Below the pieces are notes generated by a model. The model was not told where the DNA came from, searched no databases, and saw nothing but the letters and a program-made list of their open reading frames with translations. Shown one piece after another: positions 38,681 to 48,568 of a stretch of DNA of 64,000 nucleotides (its first letter is position 1; each line of letters starts with the position of its first letter). The DNA is from an uncultured Verrucomicrobiae bacterium (GTDB lineage Bacteria; Verrucomicrobiota; Verrucomicrobiia; Chthoniobacterales; Terrimicrobiaceae). The DNA lies in the NCBI GenBank assembly GCA_963706955.1, contig CAVPOC010000001.1, positions 173,610-237,609 of the forward strand, written 5' to 3'. Made by a program: the position numbers and the translations under genes.

Positions 38681-39177
38681 AATTCTGGTTTTCTCTTTTC
38701 GGCCTGGTAGGACTCGGCGCCACCATGGCTTCGCCACTCAAGCAAGTGAGCGATTTCGCGCTCAGTGATCAGAATTCAGTTTGTCGCAGATACAGTTTTC
38801 CGAAGGAAAAGGTCACCGCGATGACCGTAGCGGATCGTGCGGGCTCCGAACAGCTCGAGCCTTGGATCAGGAGCCTCTACGAGCGTTACGGAACCCAGAT
38901 AGACATTGACGGGGTGGCGGATGTTTCCATGGTTCCCCAGTCGCTCCATGGAGTGGTTCGCGCGCTCTTTCGAAACCGTCTTACCCACTCCGTCATGCTT
39001 GATTGGGATGGTTCGGTCGTGAAACGACTCCAGTACCAGCCAGGCGTGGCGAACATCTACGTCATTGATCGCCGCGGAAGCGTCCTCAAGCGAATAACAG
39101 GTCCCGCGAACGCAACTTCCGAGCAGGAGCTCTTTCGAATAATCGATCGTGCCGTCGGCGACCAGCGAACGCGATAG
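38677..39177 (+). CDS. Secreted thioredoxin-like-fold protein without CxxC
   Basis: GTGA overlap with crtQ; DFALSDQN, VMLDWDG, IYVIDRRG. Confidence 0.65.
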   Translation: MKFWFSLFGLVGLGATMASPLKQVSDFALSDQNSVCRRYSFPKEKVTAMTVADRAGSEQLEPWIRSLYERYGTQIDIDGVADVSMVPQSLHGVVRALFRNRLTHSVMLDWDGSVVKRLQYQPGVANIYVIDRRGSVLKRITGPANATSEQELFRIIDRAVGDQRTR

Positions 39178-39261
39178 TCGGACGACGCTCCTGCTGTGGA
39201 TCGATGCCCCGGCGATTCTCTCATTGTCGCATCGCACGTTGAACCCTAGAAACAGCGACGC

Positions 39262-39885
39262 ATGGAGACGATTCTTATCGGCGACATCCACGGATGCAGT
39301 CGCGAATTTTCCGCATTGCTGGACCATGTCTCACCCCGGCGGGACGACAAACTCATTCTCTTGGGCGACCTCGTCAACAAGGGTCCAGATCCTGTCGGGG
39401 TGCTTAAAATTTTCGCGTCATTGGATTGTGTCTGCCTGCTGGGTAACCATGATTTCGATCATCTCAAGTGGAAGGGTGGGGCTAGTCCAAAGGCCGAAAG
39501 CATTGTCACGAAGCAATTGATTCCCCCGGTGCTCTACGAAAAGTTCCTCAATGAGGTCGCCCGGATGCCTCCGCTCTTCGAAAGTCCCGATTTGATTGCG
39601 GTCCACGGTGGGCTCTTGAACGGCGTGGCCTTGTCCGAGCAGCCGATGGAGGTGATGACCGGGGACCGAAACTTGCCGAGCGACTGGAAAGACGAGATCG
39701 TCTTGGATCGGCCGCTCGTCGCGGGGCACAAACGATACGGTTCGGACCCGGCTGTGCCGTTCATTGTGGAGGGTAAGTTCTACGGTCTTGATACCGGTTG
39801 CGTCTACGGGGGATGTCTTACCGCGCTCCGGATGCCGTCAGGCACGCTGGCACAGGTGCGCGCTGAGCGCGTCTATTCTGATTGA
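39262..39885 (+). CDS. Calcineurin-like metallophosphoesterase (ApaH/PrpA-like)
   Basis: GDIHG, GDLVNKG, GNHD, VHGG, LDTGCVYG. Confidence 0.92.
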   Translation: METILIGDIHGCSREFSALLDHVSPRRDDKLILLGDLVNKGPDPVGVLKIFASLDCVCLLGNHDFDHLKWKGGASPKAESIVTKQLIPPVLYEKFLNEVARMPPLFESPDLIAVHGGLLNGVALSEQPMEVMTGDRNLPSDWKDEIVLDRPLVAGHKRYGSDPAVPFIVEGKFYGLDTGCVYGGCLTALRMPSGTLAQVRAERVYSD

Positions 39886-40164
39886 AGGGATCGGCGGCCG
39901 GGACGTCAGCGGCGAAGCCCTTCGGGAAATGGATCGTATGTTTCAATGGCCGGTGGTCATTGCCTACGTCCTGCCGATTATGTTTTTTGTTTTGCGCAAG
40001 ACACACGTCTGAGCGCACCACCCGCCGAGTGAGTTTTTACCCAAATCAGAGCGCGGATTATAAATTCGCTCAACCTTGAGTTGTTCCGCCAAGAGCAATC
40101 CTCTACAGATTGAGTAGTGGACTCGCCTACGGAGTCCGTTTCCACCCCAAAAATAAAAGGTCGT

Positions 40165-41352
40165 ATGAAAAGGATTTTTCTGTTCTGGTTCGCGGCAACG
40201 ATTGCTCTCACTTCAACGCGGGCGTTTGCCTGGGTCGATGGCGAAGTTCTGGTATGGATCGGGGGAGACAAAGGGTGGCAGGGATTCGCAGCCCTCGGCA
40301 AGAAGTGTGAAACAGAGCTCGGCATTTCCGTCAAAGTGGAGCCGCTGGACGGCCTCACTGACAAGTTTCAGAGCGCCGCTCAGGGGGGTAAAGGACCCGA
40401 TATCGTTGTCTGGGCTCATGATCGCCTTGGTGAGTGGGCGGATGCCGGGCTCCTCCGGCCTTTGGAGATCAGTGATAACTTCAAGGCGGGCTTTCTTCCC
40501 CTCGCGTGGGAGGCCGTCACCCACAACAAGCAGATCTGGGGCTATCCTCTCGCCCTCGAAGCAGTTTCGCTGATCTACAACAAGCAGCTTGTCTCGGGAA
40601 CTCCGCCGACGCAGCTCTCGGAGATGAAAGCCTTTGCGAAGGCACTTCAGGCGACGCATCCGAAAGTCAGTCCGATCATGTGGGACTACACCAGCCCGTA
40701 TTTCAGCTGGCCATTCCTAGCGAGTAATGGCGGATACGCCTTCAAACCGGTTGAGGGTGGTTACGACGTTTCAGACTCAGGAGTAAACACCCCCGGCGCC
40801 GTGGAGGGCTTGCAGCAAATCGTTGACCTGATCAGCTCCGGTCTCATGCCAAAGGGAATCAGCTACAGTGTCGTGAGCCAGAAGATGTGTAGCGGTGAGT
40901 TGGCCATGATGGTGAGCGGTCCATGGGCGTGGCTCGATCTTCGCAAGTGCGGAGTCGACTTCGATTTGGCGCCGCTGCCCGGGGTCGGTGGCAAACCTGG
41001 CCGCCCCTTCGTCGGCGTCCTCTCGGCGTTAATCAATCGCGCAAGTCCGAACGCAGATCTGGCTGCGCAGTTTCTCGAGAAGTATGTTTGCACCGAGGAA
41101 GGTCTGAAGACAATTGACGCCGACGTGGCGATTGGCGTTCCGGCGCTCAAGAGTCTCGCGGATAAGATGAGCGCCGACAATCGGCTGATCAAGATCACCT
41201 ACCAAAACGCTCTCAACGGAGTGGTGATGCCGAACATTCCTCAAATGGGGAGGTTTTGGAGTGCAATGGGCGCCGCCCTCCAGGTAGCCACCAACGGACA
41301 AGCTACTCCGCAGGCTGCCTTGGACGAGGCGGCAAGAATGATCGAAAAATAG
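40165..41352 (+). CDS. malE: Maltose/maltodextrin-binding protein, copy 1
   Basis: WIGGDKG, GPDIVVWAHDR, PFVGV, MPNIPQMGRFW. Confidence 0.93.
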   Translation: MKRIFLFWFAATIALTSTRAFAWVDGEVLVWIGGDKGWQGFAALGKKCETELGISVKVEPLDGLTDKFQSAAQGGKGPDIVVWAHDRLGEWADAGLLRPLEISDNFKAGFLPLAWEAVTHNKQIWGYPLALEAVSLIYNKQLVSGTPPTQLSEMKAFAKALQATHPKVSPIMWDYTSPYFSWPFLASNGGYAFKPVEGGYDVSDSGVNTPGAVEGLQQIVDLISSGLMPKGISYSVVSQKMCSGELAMMVSGPWAWLDLRKCGVDFDLAPLPGVGGKPGRPFVGVLSALINRASPNADLAAQFLEKYVCTEEGLKTIDADVAIGVPALKSLADKMSADNRLIKITYQNALNGVVMPNIPQMGRFWSAMGAALQVATNGQATPQAALDEAARMIEK

Positions 41353-41433
41353 GAGCGTCACCGATCCCGCCTCGTTCGTAGAGCAATTTTGAGTGGCGGC
41401 TCGGTTCCCCACAGGTATTTTCGTGCCGGCTTG

Positions 41434-43122
41434 ATGGATCAGAATTCGACTTCAACTTGGTTCGCTCTTCGAAATCCCGTTTTTGCCCGGCTTTGGCTGG
41501 CTAGTGTGCTTTCGGGGACTTTCGTCTCCGCCCAGGACGTTACGGCCACGTGGTTGATGCATGATTTGGGAGCCTCGGCGTTTGCACTCTCGTTGATGGC
41601 CACAGCGGCGTCGGCACCGTTCTTTCTCTTCACGCTGCCGGCGGGGGCGATTGCTGACATTGTCAACCGAAGAGTCGTCATAGTCTGCGCCGTCCTCTGG
41701 CAAGCTGCGTGTTCCGTCCTGCTGGCCATCGCCGCTTGGACGGATCTCTTAGCGATTCCATTTGTCCTTGCCTGCATCTTTGCCCTCGGGATCGGCTTAG
41801 CGTTTGGGGCGCCCGTCTGGGGGGCGATCGTTCCCGATATCGTCGATAAGGAGGAGTTGCCTTCTGCCATCACCCTGGGAGGCGTCCAACTCAATCTTTC
41901 CGGAATTATCGGTCCGGCCTTGGGGGGCCTGCTGTTGCCACTGTTGGGCGCACCACTCTTAATTTCAGTCAATGGATTGACCTTTGTGGCTGTTGCGCTC
42001 GTGGTTCTTCAATGGAAACCTCGGCAGACTCTTTCCTCTAAGCTTCGCGAGAACTTTACCGAGTCATTCATCAGTTCCTTGCGGTATGCGCGCAATTCGG
42101 ACCGTATGAAAGTGATCCTTTTCCGGAACGTCTTGTTTTCGGTGGTGATCTCGGTCATCCCGGCCCTCTTGCCGGTGATTGCGTTAAAGGAAATGAATTC
42201 TTCGGCTGCGCAGCTCGGTTTAATCTTTACCTGCGTCGGCATCGGCTCGCTGGTTGGTGCGGTTTTCATCTTGCCGTTTCTCCGGCAACGGATCTCTCCG
42301 AATGCCATCATCTCCACCGCCATGGTGATCATGAGCGGCGTCCTGGTTTCGATGGCTTTGGTGCGACACATTTATCTATTGATGATATTCGCCACCTTTG
42401 CAGGTGTCGCTTGGGCGCTCGCAGGATCTGAGATTTGGATAGCCGGACAGCGGGTAATGCCTGGGTGGGTCCGCGGCCGCATGAACTCATTTCAAATAAT
42501 GATCGGGCAAGGAAGCATGGCGGTGGCCGCCGTCATCTGGGGAGTGGGAGCAAACAACCTGAGCCTCGATATAACTTTCGCGGCGGCAGCGTTCATGGCG
42601 CTCCTCGCCTTAGTCTTGGGATATAAATTTTCGATCAATTTTGCCGCGGAAGCGGCCGTTGATGCGGCGCCGATAAGCCACCAGCACGAGTTTCCCGTCA
42701 CGCCAGGCGATGACGATGGCCCGGTAACTGTGACCATCGAATACAATATCCTCAACGATGATCGAGAACAGTTTCGTCTCTTAACGCAGGAAGTTGAGGC
42801 CATCTGTCGACGAAACGGCGCTTTTCAATGCCAACTTGACGAAAGCTTGGAGCAACCGGGATTGTTCCGCTTGGAGTATATCGTCTCCACCTGGGCGGAG
42901 CATTTGCGCCAGAACCTGCGTATGACCATCGACGAGACGAAGGTCTTCCAAAAAGTCTGGGAGCTGCACGTGGGTGAAACTGAACCTATGGTCCGCCACT
43001 TCCTCTCGACCGAAGCGTTCATGCACCTCGAAGGATTCGGTTTTTCGGGTCGAACTTTCGTGAATACGTCGAGAATGCCCAAGCCGAAGGCAAGAATGGT
43101 CGAAGTGACCACCGATGCATGA
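41434..43122 (+). CDS. MFS transporter (MFS_3/transmembrane secretion effector type), copy 1
   Basis: LPAGAIAD, PGWVRGR, C-terminal GPVTVTIEY..STWAEHLRQ. Confidence 0.9.
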   Translation: MDQNSTSTWFALRNPVFARLWLASVLSGTFVSAQDVTATWLMHDLGASAFALSLMATAASAPFFLFTLPAGAIADIVNRRVVIVCAVLWQAACSVLLAIAAWTDLLAIPFVLACIFALGIGLAFGAPVWGAIVPDIVDKEELPSAITLGGVQLNLSGIIGPALGGLLLPLLGAPLLISVNGLTFVAVALVVLQWKPRQTLSSKLRENFTESFISSLRYARNSDRMKVILFRNVLFSVVISVIPALLPVIALKEMNSSAAQLGLIFTCVGIGSLVGAVFILPFLRQRISPNAIISTAMVIMSGVLVSMALVRHIYLLMIFATFAGVAWALAGSEIWIAGQRVMPGWVRGRMNSFQIMIGQGSMAVAAVIWGVGANNLSLDITFAAAAFMALLALVLGYKFSINFAAEAAVDAAPISHQHEFPVTPGDDDGPVTVTIEYNILNDDREQFRLLTQEVEAICRRNGAFQCQLDESLEQPGLFRLEYIVSTWAEHLRQNLRMTIDETKVFQKVWELHVGETEPMVRHFLSTEAFMHLEGFGFSGRTFVNTSRMPKPKARMVEVTTDA

Positions 43123-43135
43123 TCCGGCGATATTG

Positions 43136-43484
43136 GTCCTCCTCGTGCTCGTCCTCGTCCCTCGTCCTCGAAAACACTCCACCAACTCGAGGACGAGTAG
43201 GAGGACGAAGGACGAGGACGAACAGGGCCACTGCCCGTGTTTCGCCGGAGCTTGGAGAAGTGAAGTAAGGTTGCCCCGAAGAATGCAATTGAGTCAGTTG
43301 CCCTGCCGGCGATGTTTTGTCGTCCTCGTCCTCGTCCCTCGTCCTCGTTCTCGAAACCACCTCCACCAACTCGAGGACGAGGAGGAGGAGGAAGGACGAG
43401 GACGAACAGGGCCACTGCCCGGGTGTCGCGAGAGCCCGAAAAAGTGAAGTAAGGTTACCCAAAGCATGCGATTGAGTCTGCCGC
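43136..43484. repeat. Two tandem ~184-bp intergenic units, each with a (CTCGTC)n...(GACGAG)n imperfect palindrome
   Basis: ACCAACTCGAGGACGAG at 43181 and 43365; shared tail GAACAGGGCCACTGCCCG..AAGTGAAGTAAGGTT..ATTGAGTC. Confidence 0.9.
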
Positions 43485-43524
43485 TGCGGGCTGCTATCTA
43501 TTCTTTCGAGAACCTCGACTGGAT

Positions 43525-45207
43525 ATGACTTCGACTTCGACTTGGTTCGCTTTAAAAAATCCGGTTTTTCGCAGACTGTGGCTGGCCAGCGCGCTTTCGG
43601 GAACGTTCGTCTCCGCGCAAGATATCGCCGCGACCTGGTTGATGCACGATCTGGGAGCATCGTCATTCCTGCTGTCGCTGATGGCGACCGCTGCCTCTGC
43701 GCCGTTTTTTCTCTTCACTTTACCGGCAGGAGCGGTCGCTGACATTGCCAACCGTCGCACCGTCATCGTTACCGCCGTGCTCTGGCAAGCCGCGTGCTCG
43801 GCACTGCTTGCTGTGGGAGCCTGGACGGGAGCGACTAACCCCAGCCTCGTGCTCCTTTGTATTTTCCTGCTCGGAGCGGGGGTGGCGTTTTACGCTCCCG
43901 TTTGGGGGGCGATCGTTCCTGATATCGCCAGCAAGGATGAACTGGCATCGGCCATCACTCTGGGAGGAGTGCAGCTGAACCTCTCGGGAATTGTCGGTCC
44001 GGCCTTGGCAGGCTTCCTGTTGCCGTTGCTGGGAGTTCCACTACTGATTTCCGTCAATGCTGTTTCGTTTTTGATTGTCGCTGCTGCTGTGTGGCAGTGG
44101 AAGCCGCGTCGGGACGAGTTGCTGGAGCTTCGCGAAAGCTTCGTCGAATCGTTTATCTCTTCACTGCGCTATGCTCGTCATTCGCACGGCATGAAGGTCG
44201 TTCTCTTCAGGAACGTGCTCTTTTCACTGGTGATTTCGATTATACCGGCGCTTTTGCCTGTGATCGCGCTCAAGGAACTGCAGCTTTCCGCAGCGCAGCT
44301 AGGCTTCGTCTTTACCTGTCTGGCAATCGGTTCCTTGGTGGGAGCCGTTTTCGCGCTTCCCTACCTGAGGGCGAAGACCTCGCAGAATGCAATCACGTCG
44401 ATTTCCATGATGATACTGGTCTGCGTGCTGCTCACGATGGCGTTCCTGCGTCAGCTCCCCAGCTTGATGGTTTGTGCATTCTTCGCGGGCGTGGCCTGGT
44501 CGTTGGCCGGATCCGAGCTTTGGGTCGCCGGACAGCGCGTCATACCGGGGTGGGTGCGTGGCCGGATGAACGCCTTTCAGATCATGCTCGGACAGGGTGG
44601 GATCGCGATTGGCGCGCTGATATGGGGTGCGGGTGTGACGCATGCTGGTCTTACACTTACCTTTTCTGCGGCCGCCATCTTTGCGCTCGCGGTGTTAGCG
44701 ATCGGCCATCGCGTTTCGATCAATTTTGCCGCCGAGGCGATCGTTGATGCAGCGCCATTTACTCCGGATTGGAACTTTCCCGCTTGCCCGGATCACGACG
44801 ACGGGCCTGTGACCGTTACAATCAAATATACCATCGCCAAAGAAGATCGGGAGAGGTTTTACACTTTGATGCAGGGAGTTCAGGCCACTATTCGGCGCAA
44901 CGGCGCGTTCGATTGCCGGCTGGATGAAAGCCTGGACAATCCCGGACTTTTCCGTCTTGAATTCCAACTATCCACCTGGGCTGATCACCTTCGGCAGACG
45001 AATCGCATGACGGTGGACGATCGCACCGTCTTCAATGATGCGTGGGACTTGCACGCGGCAGACGCCAGTCCGGATGTTCACTATTATGTTTCCAGCCAGA
45101 AATGCGTGTTTCCAAACAATTTTGGTTTCAGCGGTCGGACGTTTTCGACGACCTCGACGTTGCCGAAGCGAAAGTATTCGGTGGCGACCCGCCCGGCAGT
45201 GTCATGA
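43525..45207 (+). CDS. MFS transporter (MFS_3 type), copy 2, tandem paralog
   Basis: Colinear with copy 1 from STSTWFAL to GFSGRTF. Confidence 0.9.
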   Translation: MTSTSTWFALKNPVFRRLWLASALSGTFVSAQDIAATWLMHDLGASSFLLSLMATAASAPFFLFTLPAGAVADIANRRTVIVTAVLWQAACSALLAVGAWTGATNPSLVLLCIFLLGAGVAFYAPVWGAIVPDIASKDELASAITLGGVQLNLSGIVGPALAGFLLPLLGVPLLISVNAVSFLIVAAAVWQWKPRRDELLELRESFVESFISSLRYARHSHGMKVVLFRNVLFSLVISIIPALLPVIALKELQLSAAQLGFVFTCLAIGSLVGAVFALPYLRAKTSQNAITSISMMILVCVLLTMAFLRQLPSLMVCAFFAGVAWSLAGSELWVAGQRVIPGWVRGRMNAFQIMLGQGGIAIGALIWGAGVTHAGLTLTFSAAAIFALAVLAIGHRVSINFAAEAIVDAAPFTPDWNFPACPDHDDGPVTVTIKYTIAKEDRERFYTLMQGVQATIRRNGAFDCRLDESLDNPGLFRLEFQLSTWADHLRQTNRMTVDDRTVFNDAWDLHAADASPDVHYYVSSQKCVFPNNFGFSGRTFSTTSTLPKRKYSVATRPAVS

Positions 45208-45273
45208 CGACTTCATGCCCCGCGCTCGCCACTCTTTCGTCCTGCTGCGGAGCACCTGCGGAGTTTCGGGGCC

Positions 45274-46914
45274 TTAGGTTTTCACAAGCCCAAAGAACGC
45301 CGAGTGCGGTGGCAGTTTTATCTCGCGCGAAGAGAGAGTTCCGCTGAAGCCGTGGCCTTCAAGCGGAGTGACATCCATGGACGGCGCCAGGGAGGCGGGC
45401 TTCCCGGCCAGGTTGAATACAGCCAGGACGTGTTCCTTTGCGTGCTCCCGAATGAATGCCAAAATATCTTCAGAGGCATCTACAAAGTGAATGCCGCCTG
45501 ATTGAAGGGCCGGGTGCTCCCGCCGCCAGGCAAGAAATTTCCGGCAGACAGTTAGCACCGAGCCTTGGCTCGATTCCTGAACGTCGACGGCATGTTCCCG
45601 GTGTTCTTCGGGGAATGGCAACCATGGTTCGACGTTGGAGAAACCGCCAAACTTCTCCTGCGCCGTCCAGGGCATCGGCGTGCGGCACCCGTCGCGTCCC
45701 TTGAATTCAGGCCAAAATGCGATGCCGTAGGGGTCTTGCAGCTTTTCGAAGGGAATGTCGGCCTCGGTCAGTCCGAGCTCCTCGCCTTGGTAAATGCAAA
45801 CGCTGCCGCGCAGCGAAAGGAGCAAAGCGATCAAGAGTTTGGCAAGGTCTTCCGGCGGGTTGGCACCGCCCCAGCGCGTCATCACACGAATCACGTCGTG
45901 GTTGCTGAAGGACCAGCACGGCCAGCCATCACCGATGCGCGCTTCCAGGCTCTCCACGGTCTCTCGGATGTGCTTTGCGCTGAACTCACGCGTCAGCAGA
46001 TTGAAAAGGTAGGCCATCTGCAGCTTGTTGTTCTCTGACGTGTATTCCGCGATGGTTGCGAAAGGATCATCGGAGCCGATTTCGCCGACCATCGTGGTGT
46101 CCCGATACTGGTTGAGCAGCGCACGCAGACGTTTCAGAAAGGCCAGGTTCTCTGGCCGCGTTTTGTCGTAAATGTGCCTTTGACGCGCGTAAGGATTGTT
46201 CAGCGCGACCGTGCCGTCCGTGCGCGGAGTGTCTCCCCACGGAGGATTATCGCGCAGTTCCTTGTCGTGGAAGTAGAAGTTCGAGGTATCCAGGCGAAAG
46301 CCCTGCACGCCACGCTCCAGCCAGAATTTTGCCACTTCGAGGATTTGCTTCTGCACTTCCTCATTGTGGAAATTGAGGTCAGGCTGGCTCGCGAGGAAAT
46401 TGTGCATGTAATACTGACAGCGGCCGGTATCCCATTGCCACGCCGAGCCCCCAAAGACCGATAGCCAATTATTGGGCGGCGAGCCGTCGGGTTTCGACTC
46501 GGCCCAGACAAACCAATCCGCCTTCGGATCGTCTCGGCTGGAGCGGCTCTCTTTGAACCAGGGATGTTGATCGGAGGTATGGCTGAATACCTGATCGATC
46601 ATCACTTTCAAGCCAAGTTCATTGGCTCGCTGCATCATTCGTTCAAAATCTTCAATCGTGCCGAACATCGGATCGACGCCGCAATAGTCCGAAACGTCGT
46701 ACCCGAAATCTTTCATCGGCGATCTGAAAAAGGGCGCCACCCAAAAACAGTCAACTCCGAGGCGGGCGATGTAATCCAACTTAGACGTAATGCCGGGCAA
46801 GTCGCCGATCCCGTCCCCATTGCTGTCAGCGAAACTTCGCGGATAGACTTGATAGATCACCGCGCCACGCCACCACTCGCGGTCCGCGTTTCCGCTCCGC
46901 CGTTCGGTCCTCAT
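45274..46914 (-). CDS. GH13 alpha-glucosidase
   Basis: WWRGAVIYQVYPRSF, GFRLDT, VGEI, SNHD, GRDGCRTPMPW. Confidence 0.93.
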   Translation of the reverse strand: MRTERRSGNADREWWRGAVIYQVYPRSFADSNGDGIGDLPGITSKLDYIARLGVDCFWVAPFFRSPMKDFGYDVSDYCGVDPMFGTIEDFERMMQRANELGLKVMIDQVFSHTSDQHPWFKESRSSRDDPKADWFVWAESKPDGSPPNNWLSVFGGSAWQWDTGRCQYYMHNFLASQPDLNFHNEEVQKQILEVAKFWLERGVQGFRLDTSNFYFHDKELRDNPPWGDTPRTDGTVALNNPYARQRHIYDKTRPENLAFLKRLRALLNQYRDTTMVGEIGSDDPFATIAEYTSENNKLQMAYLFNLLTREFSAKHIRETVESLEARIGDGWPCWSFSNHDVIRVMTRWGGANPPEDLAKLLIALLLSLRGSVCIYQGEELGLTEADIPFEKLQDPYGIAFWPEFKGRDGCRTPMPWTAQEKFGGFSNVEPWLPFPEEHREHAVDVQESSQGSVLTVCRKFLAWRREHPALQSGGIHFVDASEDILAFIREHAKEHVLAVFNLAGKPASLAPSMDVTPLEGHGFSGTLSSREIKLPPHSAFFGLVKT

Positions 46915-46979
46915 GACATCTTACTTGGGTCTCGGTAACGCTCTTGATACTGGCGGCCGCCGCGATGCTCTGGCCGCTG

Positions 46980-48488
46980 TCATGCCCGGGCGTAGGTTTC
47001 GGTCCATTGCGCTAAGCGATCGAGTTTCTCGTTTGTGAGCATGTGAGCTTGGAAGCGCCAGTCCCAATTACCGGCGGGTTGGCCGGGGTAATTCATGCGA
47101 GCCTCGCTGCCCAGATCCAAGACATCCTGGAGGGGCGCGATGGCCATATCGGCCACCGAAGCCCATGCGAGGCGAATCAAATCCCAGGCGGGCTCGGGAT
47201 GAGTGCTCCCCAAGTAACGGTGGAGAAAGTCGCGCTCGGCATCGGTTAATCGCGCGTACCACCCGTGCGTGCAGTCGTTATCGTGCGTGCCAGTATAGGC
47301 GACGGTGTGTCGCTCGTAATTATGTGGCAAGAAGCGGTCTTCGGTCGCGCCGCCAAAGGCAAACTGCAAGATCCGCATGCCCGGCCAGCCAAACTGCCGG
47401 CGCAAAGCCTCGACCGGCGGGGTAATCAGACCAAGGTCCTCGGCAATCAACGGCAAACGACCGAGTTGCTCGAGAGCCGAACTGAAAAAGTCCGCCCCAG
47501 GCGCGGAGACCCAGCGTCCATTTATCGCGGTGCTTTCCGTGGCGGGAACCTCCCAGTAGGCCTCAAACCCGCGGAAGTGATCGAGTCGCACCATATCGAC
47601 CTGGTCCAACGTCGCAATCAGCCGATCGAGCCACCAACGATACTTGGTGGCCTGGAGCGCTTCCCAGTTGTAGAGAGGATTTCCCCAGAGCTGCCCAGTG
47701 GCGCTGAAATAGTCTGGCGGCACTCCCGCGACCACCGTTGGTTGCCTATGCTCGTCAAGATGGAAGAGATCGGGATTGGCCCACACGTCGGCGGAGTCGC
47801 TGGATACAAAGATCGGCAAGTCTCCGATTAACTGAATTCCACGCTCGTTGGCATGCCGCTTCAGATCGCCCCATTGGCGGAAGAACAGAAATTGAACGAA
47901 GCGATGCCGGGCCATCGCCTCGGCGAGTTCTCGCCGGCCCTCAGCCATGGCTGCCTCCTGGCGGAGTCGAATCGGTTCAGGCCATTGCAACCAACTCACT
48001 CCCCCGTGAGCTTCCTTTAGGGCCATGAAGAGACAGAAATCCTCCAGCCAGGGTGATCGTTGCGAGAACTCTTCCAAAGCGTCGCGGAGGACGTTGTCAC
48101 GCTTGGCTTGGAAATTGGTCCATGCGCGCGAGAGCAGGGCTGTTTTCCACTCCACGACCCTTCCGAAAATCACGCGGTCTTCCCGAAATGGTCCCACCGC
48201 GAGATCGTCCGGCATCAACAAACCGTCCTTGGCGAGCAGTTCAGGGCTGATCAAGAGAGGATTACCGGCGAAAGCCGAAAAACATTGATAGGGTGAATCG
48301 CCATAGCCGGTCGGACCCAGCGGCAAGATCTGCCACCACTTTTGCCGGGCGTGGACGAGTTGGTTGACCCAAGTATGAGCGGATGGTCCGAGATCGCCGA
48401 TGCCAAAGCGGCCAGGAAGAGAAGTGGGATGGAGGAGAATGCCAGATGAGCGGATCTCGGCGTCGGAGCTTCCCTCTAACGGTTTCAC
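46980..48488 (-). CDS. malQ: 4-alpha-glucanotransferase (amylomaltase, GH77)
   Basis: GILLHPTSLP, GVPPDYFS..GQLWGNP, RLDHFRGF, IAEDLG, YTGTHDN. Confidence 0.96.
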   Translation of the reverse strand: MKPLEGSSDAEIRSSGILLHPTSLPGRFGIGDLGPSAHTWVNQLVHARQKWWQILPLGPTGYGDSPYQCFSAFAGNPLLISPELLAKDGLLMPDDLAVGPFREDRVIFGRVVEWKTALLSRAWTNFQAKRDNVLRDALEEFSQRSPWLEDFCLFMALKEAHGGVSWLQWPEPIRLRQEAAMAEGRRELAEAMARHRFVQFLFFRQWGDLKRHANERGIQLIGDLPIFVSSDSADVWANPDLFHLDEHRQPTVVAGVPPDYFSATGQLWGNPLYNWEALQATKYRWWLDRLIATLDQVDMVRLDHFRGFEAYWEVPATESTAINGRWVSAPGADFFSSALEQLGRLPLIAEDLGLITPPVEALRRQFGWPGMRILQFAFGGATEDRFLPHNYERHTVAYTGTHDNDCTHGWYARLTDAERDFLHRYLGSTHPEPAWDLIRLAWASVADMAIAPLQDVLDLGSEARMNYPGQPAGNWDWRFQAHMLTNEKLDRLAQWTETYARA

Positions 48489-48568
48489 GTCTTAAATCGC
48501 TCTATGCTGAACCGATTAATGACAAAGCGTAGGAGACTGGACGGGTGGCAGGAGTCTTCCGTGTGCTC

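Noticed and set aside
39929..40012. 27-aa hydrophobic ORF MDRMFQWPVVIAYVLPIMFFVLRKTHV
   Set aside because: Could be a small membrane peptide, but it is too short and lacks independent support
43136..43484. CRISPR array
   Set aside because: Only two long degenerate units, no unique spacers of constant length and no cas genes
42825..43666. ORFs with DEDED/SSSS tracts across the intergenic repeat
   Set aside because: Translation artefacts of the (CTCGTC)n/(GACGAG)n repeat, antisense to the MFS genes
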